Origin: Candidatus Caldarchaeum sp.
GTDB lineage: Archaea > Thermoproteota > Nitrososphaeria_A > Caldarchaeales > Caldarchaeaceae
DNA: 64,000 nt
Assembly (NCBI GenBank): GCA_038885755.1
Contig: JAVZZH010000002.1
Location: forward strand, 32,001-96,000
Direction: 5' to 3'
In this document: positions 1-9,298 of the stretch, in pieces
How positions within the stretch are numbered: the first letter of the stretch is position 1
Layout: every line of letters starts with the position of its first letter
Translations under genes and position numbers: made by a program
The notes under the pieces: generated by a model
Databases searched by the model: none
What the model saw: only the letters and a program-made list of their open reading frames with translations
Told to the model about the DNA's origin: nothing

Positions 1-2
1 TC

Positions 3-95
3 TCGGGCGGCATGGTTGCGGGCTACGCTTGCTGGAAGGCTGTCGATCACGGGTCGGGTAAGGAGTTTGTCGAGGAGAGGGTGTCGGTTGAATGA
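3..95 (+). CDS. 3' end of a gene entering from outside the window; probable M67/JAMM (MPN+, Mec-like) metalloprotease C-terminus
   Basis: Frame 3 reads SGGMVAGYACWKAVDHGSGKEFVEERVSVE* (TGA 93-95), resembling the ..SV.xG....W.....F.EE.i.v tail of M67 proteases. It directly precedes a MoaD/CysO-like gene. Only 30 aa are visible. Confidence 0.4.
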   Translation, partial: SGGMVAGYACWKAVDHGSGKEFVEERVSVE

Positions 96-102
96 CTTCG
101 AA

Positions 103-110
103 TTTATATA
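103..110 (+). promoter_or_regulatory. Archaeal TATA box for the ubiquitin-like fusion gene
   Basis: TTTATATA ending about 28 nt before ATG 138. Confidence 0.55.
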
Positions 111-137
111 CAGCTTTCAAACTATGGTAAAAGGCAC

Positions 138-680
138 ATGCCTGTAAAGGTTTATCTCCCAACCCCCCTCCGGCAGTACGCCGACGGCAAGGACGTGGTT
201 GAGGTTGACGGAGCGACGGTTGGAGAGGTTTTGAAGAGCCTAACTAACCGGTTCTCAGCCCTTCAGAAGCATCTTTTCACGGAGACAGGCTCCGTGAGAA
301 GCTTTGTCAACGTCTTCCTCAACGACGAGGACATCCGGTATCTTGAAGGCCTTCAGACCAAGATCAAGGACGGCGACACGATCTACATCATTCCATCCAT
401 CGCAGGCGGGTTGAGCGTTGCTCAGACCGTCTCGATAAGCAGGAAGCTCGGCCGGACAGTCAGGGAGCACGGCCGCATAACTGTACCGATGAAGCTTCTG
501 AAAAAGGCTAGGAAGCGAGAGGTCTCGCTGGTGCTTGAAGACGTCAAGTATGTCTTCGAGGCCGACAAATACGGCAGGATCTATCTTCCCCCAGTTCTAA
601 GGGAAAGGCTCGCCAACATGGCCGCCTTCGAGATCACTCTAGTCAACGGCGAGCTTTTCCTGAAGTTCAGAAGGTTCTAG
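138..680 (+). CDS. MoaD/CysO/SAMP ubiquitin-like protein with internal di-Gly, fused to a tandem AbrB/MraZ-like domain
   Basis: aa 1-91 are a beta-grasp MoaD (VYLPTPLRQY...VNVFLNDEDIRYL...IIPSIAGG). The C-terminal 89 aa carry two AbrB-type motifs, VREHGRITVP and ADKYGRIYLP. Confidence 0.8.
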   Translation: MPVKVYLPTPLRQYADGKDVVEVDGATVGEVLKSLTNRFSALQKHLFTETGSVRSFVNVFLNDEDIRYLEGLQTKIKDGDTIYIIPSIAGGLSVAQTVSISRKLGRTVREHGRITVPMKLLKKARKREVSLVLEDVKYVFEADKYGRIYLPPVLRERLANMAAFEITLVNGELFLKFRRF

Positions 681-695
681 GCCCTGGGTGCTCGC

Positions 696-1097
696 ATGCC
701 GAAGTATGTGATAACGCTGGAGTCGGACGACGTCGAGGTTTCCTGCGAAGCTGCTTCTAAGGAGGAGGCGATGAGCCATGTCGACGACCTGATAGAGGTC
801 TACAGAGCTGTGCTGGAGAGGTTGAGGGAGAAGCCGAAGACGACGGTCTCCAAGCGGAGGGGTAGGTCGGAGGCCGTGGAAGTGCTCAGGATACTCGAGG
901 AGCAGCTCATACCGTCTTCTTTCTTCAGCCAACCTCGCTCGACGGCAGAGGTCAGGGAGAGGGTCTCCGAGCTCGTCAACGTTAGGTTCCAGAGCAGAAA
1001 GGTAAGCCAAGCTCTCGGCATACTCCACAAGAAGGGCGTCCTCTCAAGAGTGGGGTTGAGAGGGGACTACAAATACTATCTCAAAACAAGTAGGTAG
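696..1097 (+). CDS. Putative winged-helix DNA-binding protein
   Basis: C-terminal FFSQPRSTAEVRERV...VSQALGILHKKGVLSRVG..GDYKYY wHTH pattern; operonic spacing with neighbours. Confidence 0.65.
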   Translation: MPKYVITLESDDVEVSCEAASKEEAMSHVDDLIEVYRAVLERLREKPKTTVSKRRGRSEAVEVLRILEEQLIPSSFFSQPRSTAEVRERVSELVNVRFQSRKVSQALGILHKKGVLSRVGLRGDYKYYLKTSR

Positions 1098-1101
1098 GAA
1101 G

Positions 1102-1977
1102 ATGTCTCAGGTTCTTGAAACCGTCAAGGTTTACTTCCTGCTGACCAAGCCCAACGTCTGGTGGCTTCTCGCTTTCACAGGCGTGGCGGGGATGGTTGCG
1201 GGCTCGGGCGGGCTGCCCAACCCCTCGCTCTTCGCCGCTGCTTTTGCCGGGATAACGCTAGGCGTCGCCGGGACGGAGGCCGTCTCCAACTACATCGAGA
1301 GAAACCTCGACGCAAGCATGAAGAGAACCTCGCGCAGAGTTCTTCCCCGTGGACTGATATCGCCGGAGTGGAAGGCCCTAGCCTTTGGGCTGGGCTTGAT
1401 GGCTGTTTCGCTCGTGATTAGTTTCTCGATAAACCCTGTGGTTTTCTTCTTCATGTCCAGCGGGATGTTCAACTACTTGGTGATGTACGTGTTGTGGTCT
1501 AAAAGACGCACCCCTCTAAACATCATCATCGGCAGCTATTCGGGAGGTGCTCCGTTGATGGCCGGCTACACAGCAGCCAGCCTCTGGCCTACTCTAGAGG
1601 CCTGGATTCTAGCCGCCTTGATAGTGCTGTGGATCCCGCCGCACATCTGGAGCCTAGCCCTGATATACAGGGAGGACTACAGGAACGCCCACGTCCCCAT
1701 GCTGCCTGTCGTGGCTTCGGAGGCCACGGCCATACGCTGCATATCTTCAACAACCATAATCTCAGTCATCTTCACTTTCCTGCTATACGTTCTGTACCCC
1801 GAGAAGTATGGCTTGGTCTACTTGACGGCTGCCTTCCTCAGCGGAGCGGTTATAGCTGTGCCGTCCCTCGCCCTCATCGTCAAGCCGTCCAAAAGGTCGG
1901 CGTACACGTTGTTCAAGCTCACAAGCCCGCAGCTATTCATAATAATGATGGCCGTGATTGTTGACAACCTAGTCTGA
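1102..1977 (+). CDS. ctaB: Protoheme IX farnesyltransferase (heme O synthase)
   Basis: LTKP, NYIERNLDASMKRTSRRVLPRG, KRRTPLNIIIG, WIPPHIWSLA, EDYRNAHVPMLPVV (UbiA/CyoE motifs). Confidence 0.95.
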   Translation: MSQVLETVKVYFLLTKPNVWWLLAFTGVAGMVAGSGGLPNPSLFAAAFAGITLGVAGTEAVSNYIERNLDASMKRTSRRVLPRGLISPEWKALAFGLGLMAVSLVISFSINPVVFFFMSSGMFNYLVMYVLWSKRRTPLNIIIGSYSGGAPLMAGYTAASLWPTLEAWILAALIVLWIPPHIWSLALIYREDYRNAHVPMLPVVASEATAIRCISSTTIISVIFTFLLYVLYPEKYGLVYLTAAFLSGAVIAVPSLALIVKPSKRSAYTLFKLTSPQLFIIMMAVIVDNLV

Positions 1978-3543
1978 CCCTTCGGGCGGGCCGTATCCTC
2001 CCCCTCCCGCCGTGCGGATTATCAACGTATCACCCTTCTCCAGAACAACCACGTCCTTAGACCTAAGCTTCACCGTCTCACCGTCCGCCCTGACCACTAG
2101 GTACTCGCTGGGCGCTCCGTCTCCACCTCCCCGAAGACCCCAAGGCCTGTTCCTCGACCTCTCACCCATGACGGCGACGTTTATCCTCGCCAAAGCTTTC
2201 AAGCTCCTCTCAATACCCATGCCTCCCCTCCACCTGCCAACCCCTCCGCTGCCGTCCCTCAGCCTGTAGCACATGAAAAGCACGGGGTAGTAGTGCTCGA
2301 TCACCTCAACCGGCGTGTTGAGCGTGTTCGTCATGTGGCTGTGAATCCCGTCCACGCCGTCCATCCCCGGCCGAGCGCCTCCACCCCCTCCAATGGTTTC
2401 GTAGAACGCCCACGCCCTGCCAGTCTCGGGATGGATTCCACCCATCATCAGGTTGTTCATGCTGCCGTTGCTCGCCGCGGGAACCTTGTCGGGCATGGCC
2501 TGCGACAGGGCTTTGAAGAGAACGTCTACGATGCGCTGGCTTGTCTCCAAGTTGCCGGCCGCTACTGGCGCCGGCTTGACAGGGTTGACTATCGTTCCGG
2601 GAGGAGCGTGGATTGATATTGTGCGGAGGAAGCCGTCGTTGAGAAGTATCTCGGCCGGGAGAATCGTCTTCAGGGCGTAGGTGGTCGCCGCCGTCGTGAC
2701 CCCGAGCACGGCGTTTAGAGGTTTGTCAACCTGCTTATCAGTACCCTCGAAGCTGACGTCAAAGCCTTCAGAGTTTATCGAAACCCTGGCCCTGATTACC
2801 AAGTCCCTGTCATCGAGCTCTAGGCAGTCCTCGCCGTGCCAAGAACCGTGGGGGATCTTCTCCAGCTCCTTCTTGACGAGCTGATTCGTTCTGTCGAGTA
2901 TCTGCTCAACGGCCTCGTTGAAGACTTTGAAGGACACTTTGTCGATGAGCTCGACTACTTTCTTCTCGCCCATGAGGTTCGCCGCCACCTGAGCCCTGAG
3001 GTCTCCCAGCGTTGTCTCCGGCATGCGTGTGTTGGACTTGATTATCTCGACGACGTCGTCGACCAGCTTGTTCTTCTCCATCAGCTTTACGGGAGGTATC
3101 ACCAGCCCCTCCTGCCACAAGGTCTCCGCCCTTATCGATATGCTGGACGGGTCTATTCCCCCCACGTCGACTTGATGGGCTTTGTTGGCCACGTATGCGG
3201 CCAGCCGGCCGTTGAAGAAGACAGGCCTTATCGTGGTTACGTCGTTCAGGTGTGTTCCAGCGATGTAGGGGTCGTTCAGCACGAACATGTCGCCGGGAGA
3301 GACCTCGACGCCTTTCTGCTCCAAATACTTGATCGTGTTTCTCAGCCCTAGAGGCAGCGACCCTATGTGGACTGGGATGTGTTCAGCCTGCCCTATCAGC
3401 CTGCCCACAGAGTCGAGTATGGCGCAGCTGTGGTCCGCTCTCTCACGTATGTTGGGCGAAAAAGCCGACTTCCTCAAGGCCACGCCCATCTCCTCAGAGA
3501 TGTAGAGAAGGCTGTGCCTGACTATCTCGACCGTTATGCTCAC
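1969..3543 (-). CDS. hyuB: Hydantoinase B / 5-oxoprolinase subunit
   Basis: SAFSPNIRERADHSCA, IPVHIGS, NDPYIAGTHLND, YETIGGG, HSHMTNT, GGGGYG. Start is likely GTG 3543, overlapping the hyuA stop (GTGA); the ORF track start is 3588. Confidence 0.92.
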   Translation of the reverse strand: MSITVEIVRHSLLYISEEMGVALRKSAFSPNIRERADHSCAILDSVGRLIGQAEHIPVHIGSLPLGLRNTIKYLEQKGVEVSPGDMFVLNDPYIAGTHLNDVTTIRPVFFNGRLAAYVANKAHQVDVGGIDPSSISIRAETLWQEGLVIPPVKLMEKNKLVDDVVEIIKSNTRMPETTLGDLRAQVAANLMGEKKVVELIDKVSFKVFNEAVEQILDRTNQLVKKELEKIPHGSWHGEDCLELDDRDLVIRARVSINSEGFDVSFEGTDKQVDKPLNAVLGVTTAATTYALKTILPAEILLNDGFLRTISIHAPPGTIVNPVKPAPVAAGNLETSQRIVDVLFKALSQAMPDKVPAASNGSMNNLMMGGIHPETGRAWAFYETIGGGGGARPGMDGVDGIHSHMTNTLNTPVEVIEHYYPVLFMCYRLRDGSGGVGRWRGGMGIERSLKALARINVAVMGERSRNRPWGLRGGGDGAPSEYLVVRADGETVKLRSKDVVVLEKGDTLIIRTAGGGGYGPPEGSD

Positions 3544-5612
3544 CGCTTCATCACCAAGCACCCTGATCCGTCCACCGAAGCCCTCCAACCTTGAGGGATT
3601 ACAGTCGTCGAGTCATATTCCTCCACCACCGCAGGACCCTCAACTACGTCGCCGACTTGGAGCGAGTCGCGTCTGATGACGGTGGAGTCGACAAACTCCT
3701 GCCCGAAGAAGACACGTCTGATCCTGACGCTCTTGGTGGTGGAGGAGTTGGGCCTTTGAGTGAAGACCGGCCGCTTCGACGGAACAACCACCGCTACCCT
3801 AGCCGCAACCACCTCTATCTTCTCGCCGGAGTGAGTATACCCGTAGGTTGCTTCATGCTTCTCCTCGAAAAGCTCCAACGCTCTGCGGAGGTTCAGAGGC
3901 CTGCTTGCCTCCACCTCTATCTCGTAGCCCTGACCGCTGTATCTGAGGTCTAGGCTCCGCAGAACGCTGGACCCGCTGAGGTCAAGCCTTCTCGACAGCT
4001 GGTTGAGTGCGTTTGTCTCGATCTCTCGAAACAAGTTTTCGAGGAGGTTTTCGTCGCCGGGCTCGATTACTTTGACGAGACCCTTTACGTAGGTGTATCT
4101 CATGTCGGTCATCAATAGCCCGAGGGATGAGAAGAGGCCGGGGTTGGGCGGTATGATCACGGTTGAGACTCCGATGTGCTGGGCCAGCTCAGCCGCATGC
4201 ATGGGTCCTGCTCCCCCGAACGCGAAGAGGACGAACTCAGTGGGGTCTAGGCCTCTCTCCAGCGTCACGATGTGTATAGCCCTCGCCATCTGGAGGTTGA
4301 TGAGCACAAGCGAAGCCCATGCACATTCGACGACGCTCATCCCAACCCTTTCCGAAACACGCCTCAAAGCTTCCTCCGCAAGCCTCTTGTCCAGCTTCAT
4401 CATACCCCCGAGCAGGTACTCGACCCTGCCCAGCACAAGGTTGGCGTCAGTTATCGTAGGCATCACTCCTCCAAGCCCGTAGCAGGCGGGCCCCGGCTCA
4501 GCTCCAGCGCTCAACGGCCCGACTCTGAGAAAACCTCCCGGGTCAGCGTCTATGACGGTCCCGCCGCCAGCGCTGACCTCAGCCAAGTCGATTGATGGAA
4601 ACCTCACCGGGTAGCCGCTCCCCTTGACCATCCTCCCCATATGCACCCTGCCGCCCACCTCTATCTCGGGCACGTAGGTAGGCTGGCCGTCGACGACGAC
4701 TCCGGCTTTGGCGGTCGTCCCACCCATGTCGAGGCTGATGACTCTCCTGTAGCCCGTCAACGCAGCCAGCTTAGACGCGCCGATGACTCCCGCAGCAGGC
4801 CCCGACTCGATGCAAGCCACAGGCCTCGTCGCAGCCTCCAACACGTCCACAAGCCCGCCCGCAGAACTCATTATCTGCACAGGCGCCGCAACCCCTATCT
4901 CCACAAGCCCACGCCTAACAGACTCAAGGTATCGCGCAACCACGGGGGCTAGGGCTGCGTTGACGACTGTTGTGCTCGTCCTCTCGTACTCCCTGTGCTC
5001 TGGGTCAACTTCGTAGGACGCGAAGACAGGCACCCGGAGCCTTTCAGCCAGATGGTTCTTAGCCTTAACCTCGTTGGCGGGGTTGACGTAGCTGTTAAGG
5101 AAAGAGACAGCCACAGCCTCGACTCCTAACTTCTTCAAGGCTTCCGCGACTTTTTCCAGCTCCTCCACGCTAACCTCCTTCAACACGTTCCCACGGCTGT
5201 CAACCCTCTCCGCCACCTCCAGCCTCCTCTCCCTCGAGACGACCGGGCTAGGCCTCTGGTAGAACAAGTTGTAAAGCTCAGCCCTGTTCTGCCTGCCTAT
5301 CTCGAGAACATCCCTGAAACCAAGCGTGGTGATCAGTCCAACCCGTGGAACCCTCAGGCCGAGCTGGCCCCTGAAAAGGTTCGTCCCGATGGTGTTGACG
5401 TGGACAACCATCTCCACCGCGCCGGGCTCAACCCCGTCCATCTCCAGAAACGACTTCACAGCGTTGAGGAAACCGTTCTCAGGGCTTGACGGAGTGCTCC
5501 TCACTTTGACCTTGAACATCCGACCGCTCTCCATGTCGACGGCGACAAGGTCCGTGAAAGTCCCGCCAACGTCTACAGCGACGTGAACCCGAGCCGGCAT
5601 AAGCCGCTTCAT
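3540..5612 (-). CDS. hyuA: Hydantoinase A / 5-oxoprolinase ATP-hydrolysing subunit
   Basis: DVGGTFTD, EYERTSTTVVNA, ESGPAAG, DMGGTT, SAGAEPGPACYG, FGGAGPMHA. Confidence 0.93.
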   Translation of the reverse strand: MKRLMPARVHVAVDVGGTFTDLVAVDMESGRMFKVKVRSTPSSPENGFLNAVKSFLEMDGVEPGAVEMVVHVNTIGTNLFRGQLGLRVPRVGLITTLGFRDVLEIGRQNRAELYNLFYQRPSPVVSRERRLEVAERVDSRGNVLKEVSVEELEKVAEALKKLGVEAVAVSFLNSYVNPANEVKAKNHLAERLRVPVFASYEVDPEHREYERTSTTVVNAALAPVVARYLESVRRGLVEIGVAAPVQIMSSAGGLVDVLEAATRPVACIESGPAAGVIGASKLAALTGYRRVISLDMGGTTAKAGVVVDGQPTYVPEIEVGGRVHMGRMVKGSGYPVRFPSIDLAEVSAGGGTVIDADPGGFLRVGPLSAGAEPGPACYGLGGVMPTITDANLVLGRVEYLLGGMMKLDKRLAEEALRRVSERVGMSVVECAWASLVLINLQMARAIHIVTLERGLDPTEFVLFAFGGAGPMHAAELAQHIGVSTVIIPPNPGLFSSLGLLMTDMRYTYVKGLVKVIEPGDENLLENLFREIETNALNQLSRRLDLSGSSVLRSLDLRYSGQGYEIEVEASRPLNLRRALELFEEKHEATYGYTHSGEKIEVVAARVAVVVPSKRPVFTQRPNSSTTKSVRIRRVFFGQEFVDSTVIRRDSLQVGDVVEGPAVVEEYDSTTVIPQGWRASVDGSGCLVMKR

Positions 5613-5666
5613 GACCAGAGGTGCTTAGTTTTTAAACATATGGTGGTAATTGGAGCATGAGTTATT

Positions 5667-5674
5667 TTTATATA
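5667..5674 (+). promoter_or_regulatory. Archaeal TATA box for cytochrome b gene
   Basis: TTTATATA about 26 nt before ATG 5700. Confidence 0.55.
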
Positions 5675-5699
5675 GAGAGCTAGCTGATAACCAACCGTA

Positions 5700-7043
5700 A
5701 TGTCTCAGAAAGCGGAGACCGGTCCTTTAGGCAGGGTGTTTGACGAGTTTTTCAAGTGGCTTGTTGAGAGGCTTGAAAGAACGCCCATAGTCACTTTCAG
5801 GTTTCAAATCCCGAGGCTTGCCGTCAGCCCTTTCGGCTACCTAGGGACTCTCACAGGCATCGTGTTTCTGCTTCTGGGCATCACAGGCGGGCTGCTGATG
5901 CTGTACTATCGGCCGGACATCAACCTAGCCTACAATAGCGTGAAGGAGATTGAGGAAACCATCGAGTTCGGCTTCTTCCTCCGAAACATCCACTACCATG
6001 CGTCCAACGCCATGGTCTTCCTCGCCATCGCACACATGTTCTACCAGTACTTCAGCGGCCGGTACAAGGTCAAGAACGAGGTGATATGGGTCACGGGAAT
6101 AATCCTAGGAACGGTCACGGTTCTGGAGGCTTTCACGGGCTACGACCTGATACTCAACCAGAGAGCCATGCTGGCCGTCAACATAGCAGTCGGGCTTACG
6201 AACGCAGCTCCCCTGCTGGGGCCGCAGGTGGCGCCCATACTTCTAGGCGGAGGCTTGTACGACCTGATAATCAGGTTCTACGCTCTCCACGTCTTCATCC
6301 TCCCGATGGTGATGCTCCTGCTGGCTCTCGTCCACTTCCCACGAAACCTTGTCTTCGACCCGCCTGTCGTGGCGGGAGTGATTGGCGCAATCCTCATAGC
6401 GGGAGGCCTGTACCCCGTCGACCTAGGTCTGAAGTACGACCCGACGCGGGCCATCGTCGAGGTGCCTGAATGGTATCTGACAGCCATCTACGCCTTCATC
6501 AGGACAGGTCTGGAGAGGTTCACGTCAGGCGCTCTGCTCCCGCTCCTCTTCATACTGTTCTTCCTCCTCATCCCGTTCGTAGACAGGTCTAAGAAGCTCA
6601 GCTGGAAGGAGAGGCCTTTCCTCACAGCCGTGGGCCTCGCATCCATAGTGTTGATAATCGTCACAACGGTCTGGGGCTTCTACACCACTCCGAGGGTTGA
6701 CGCGTTCACAGCCGTCTACATAGAGCCTCTAGTCTTCTACCCGGCCCTGCTCTTCACAGTAGCGGCAACCTTCGCCATAAGCTACAAGTACATCGCACCC
6801 CCCGTCAAGCAGGCTGCCAAGCCAGCTCCCAGAGCACGCCCAGTCACTATACAGCTGCCCTACGAATGGTCTGTGAGGATTATCACGGGGCTGCTGGCCG
6901 TCATAGGTATTCTCTCGCTTCTGGCCTTCCAGCAGTACTTGGAGGGGTTGAAGAACCTTTCACTCTTCAACCTAGGGGTCGTCGTGATGCTTTTCGGGTT
7001 GATAGCCCACATCTACCGCCACGCCCTACAACAGATCAAGTAG
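5700..7043 (+). CDS. petB: Cytochrome b subunit of a Rieske/cytochrome b (bc-type) complex
   Basis: Four heme-ligand His (RNIHYHASN...AHMF; ALHVFILP...VHFP), FTGY, PEWY Qo motif, multiple TM helices. Confidence 0.92.
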   Translation: MSQKAETGPLGRVFDEFFKWLVERLERTPIVTFRFQIPRLAVSPFGYLGTLTGIVFLLLGITGGLLMLYYRPDINLAYNSVKEIEETIEFGFFLRNIHYHASNAMVFLAIAHMFYQYFSGRYKVKNEVIWVTGIILGTVTVLEAFTGYDLILNQRAMLAVNIAVGLTNAAPLLGPQVAPILLGGGLYDLIIRFYALHVFILPMVMLLLALVHFPRNLVFDPPVVAGVIGAILIAGGLYPVDLGLKYDPTRAIVEVPEWYLTAIYAFIRTGLERFTSGALLPLLFILFFLLIPFVDRSKKLSWKERPFLTAVGLASIVLIIVTTVWGFYTTPRVDAFTAVYIEPLVFYPALLFTVAATFAISYKYIAPPVKQAAKPAPRARPVTIQLPYEWSVRIITGLLAVIGILSLLAFQQYLEGLKNLSLFNLGVVVMLFGLIAHIYRHALQQIK

Positions 7044-7083
7044 CAGCCAAATCCTTTTTTAGCCAGCCCATCACCATACATAG

Positions 7084-8076
7084 GTGTTGGAGCTCGTAGA
7101 CGGCTTCGGCAGAGCAGCCCGTAAGCTGAGGCTCTCCGTAACCGATAGATGCAACTTCCGATGCGACTTCTGCATGCCGCTACATCCAGTCTGGATACCC
7201 CATTCAGAGATACTGACCTACGAGGAGATTGCTCGAGTGGTTAAGATCCTCGCCTCGATGGGAGTGTCCAAGGTAAGGATGAGCGGCGGCGAGCCCCTCA
7301 TGAGGAGGGATGTCGAGAAAGTCGTCCGGCTCGTCAAGAACGTTCCGGGAGTGGAGAGCGTCTCGATGACGACCAACGGCTACTTCCTAGCTGAGAAGGC
7401 TGAGTCTCTAAAGCAGGCTGGGCTGGACAGCGTGACGGTTAGCCTCCACAGCCTCAAGCCTGAAAGGTTCGAGCAGATAGTCGGCCAGAGAGAGGTCTTC
7501 AGCAGGGTCATGGAAGGGTTGAGGAAAGCTAGGGAGGTTGGGCTGAAGCCGGTAAAGATAAACTGCGTGATAACCCGGGGCTGCAACGACGACGAGATAC
7601 TCGACTTCGTCGAGCTCGGCCGTCAAACCGGCATGGTCATCAGGTTCATCGAGTACATGCCCTTCGACGGCAGGCATACGTGGAGCAGCGATAGGCTCGT
7701 CAGCGGAAGGGAGATTATCGCCAAGATCGAGGAGAGGTACAGTCTTGTGAAGCTTCCGCGGGAGGCTGGAAGCACGTCAGTGGCTTACAGGCTCGTCGAC
7801 GGCTCAGGAGAAGTCAACGTAATAACTTCGATGACTCAGCCATTCTGCGGCGACTGCGACAGAATACGTTTGTCAGCCGACGGCAAAATCGTTCCATGTC
7901 TCTTCAGCCGCGACGAGTACGACGTCAAGAAGCTGGTCAGGGGAGGGGCCTCGGACGAGGAAATCGCCGAGTTTATACGAAGCGCATTCCGCAGAAAGTT
8001 CGCAGGAGTAGAGACCATGATAAAGAGCGGCAGAGTAAGCCCGCTCATAAGACCCATGCACACGATCGGCGGCTGA
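7084..8076 (+). CDS. moaA: GTP 3',8-cyclase (molybdenum cofactor biosynthesis)
   Basis: LSVTDRCNFRCDFCMP radical SAM motif, GGEP, FCGDCDRIRLSADG, C-terminal MHTIGG. Confidence 0.96.
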   Translation: MLELVDGFGRAARKLRLSVTDRCNFRCDFCMPLHPVWIPHSEILTYEEIARVVKILASMGVSKVRMSGGEPLMRRDVEKVVRLVKNVPGVESVSMTTNGYFLAEKAESLKQAGLDSVTVSLHSLKPERFEQIVGQREVFSRVMEGLRKAREVGLKPVKINCVITRGCNDDEILDFVELGRQTGMVIRFIEYMPFDGRHTWSSDRLVSGREIIAKIEERYSLVKLPREAGSTSVAYRLVDGSGEVNVITSMTQPFCGDCDRIRLSADGKIVPCLFSRDEYDVKKLVRGGASDEEIAEFIRSAFRRKFAGVETMIKSGRVSPLIRPMHTIGG

Positions 8077-8527
8077 GAAAAATTCGTCCTCAACTCATGA
8101 TAGATGAGAATTTCCTCGACACAATGAATTAATGCTTATGCAGCGCCGTCAGCATATCCGTCGGCAGGGAAAACGCTGCGGAAGTCTTCCGTGAAGTTTG
8201 GAGGCTTCAAAGCGTTGCGTGAAAAAGGCGAAGTCAAGGTAGGCAGCACTCCGCTCGAGACGCTGGAGAGCATATCCCGGTACCTAAGTCCGGCTACATG
8301 AACAAGATAGTGATAAAGCGGATGGGGGAGAACATGGCGGTCGTCGACATGTCGGTGCTGGACTCGTCTGTGAGGCTCACCGACGAGAACAAAGCACCAT
8401 CCCACATCATGACATGTTCGCGGCCTTGGACGAGATGAGCTACGAGGCTGAGTTGATAGAACTGATTCTCGACAGAGAGGGAACCACGTCAGGGAGAATT
8501 GGGTGATCAGTAAGCGTGGCTGAAGGC

Positions 8528-9226
8528 CTACAGCGTGAAAACCCGGCCGAGATGCGAGAGGTCGGCGTCCAGCCCCAGTCTCCTTACAACGTTCCACAAA
8601 GTCGACGAGTTGCTCGATATGGTTGGCCTGTTCGTCCTCTCCTCAACCAGCTTAATCGCCTTGAAAGTGCTGAGGTTCGTGCAGCTTATGAAGACGGCTT
8701 CAGCTCTTGGATGAAGGTTTTCAACAGCCCAGCGGGCTACTTCATCGTCTGAAACCCTGCCTATCCTGAGGTTTTCCGTAAGGGATGCGTGAAAGTAGTT
8801 AAGCACGTCGACGTCGTGAGCCCGCAGGTACTGCTTCTCTATCTCTGTGATGTCGTGTGTGTACGGCGTTATCATCGTGATTTTCTTAGCGCCCAGCCTT
8901 TCGAGAGCCCGGACAACGGCCCCCGACGTAGCCACGCATGGAATCCCGAAAGACTCTTCGATCCTCCTCTCGATGTCCAAGTACTGCCTGCCTCCCTTGA
9001 TGAAGCTTCCGCTTGTGCAGCCATAGACAATAACGTCAACCTCCGCCGAGGCTAGCTTCTCAGCTTCCCTCTGAGCCTCGTCCTCCAAAGCCGCCAGCTC
9101 AGAGTAAACAACTCTCTCGAGCTTTATCCTCGCACCGTGCACGGTCGCCTTCCCGGCCAAAGCCTCGTTGAACTCCCTCTCCATCGTCGTGTTCGACGAC
9201 GGCAGAATCAAGCCAACTCTCTGCAT
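8528..9226 (-). CDS. Maleate cis-trans isomerase / Asp-Glu racemase family protein
   Basis: GLILPSSNTTMERE, YGCTSGS, ITPY, FISCTNL, ISSN (two catalytic Cys). Confidence 0.88.
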   Translation of the reverse strand: MQRVGLILPSSNTTMEREFNEALAGKATVHGARIKLERVVYSELAALEDEAQREAEKLASAEVDVIVYGCTSGSFIKGGRQYLDIERRIEESFGIPCVATSGAVVRALERLGAKKITMITPYTHDITEIEKQYLRAHDVDVLNYFHASLTENLRIGRVSDDEVARWAVENLHPRAEAVFISCTNLSTFKAIKLVEERTNRPTISSNSSTLWNVVRRLGLDADLSHLGRVFTL

Positions 9227-9298
9227 GACGATCAGGGTTTATCCCGGTGGATAAATTTTTGAGGGCTTTCACCAACCCCGCAGGCTTAAATACAGTCC

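Noticed and set aside
8100-8520. Possible small gene or pseudogene between moaA and the isomerase (including the 153-aa minus ORF)
   Set aside because: Short broken frames with no recognisable motif; the minus ORF has no protein-like features.
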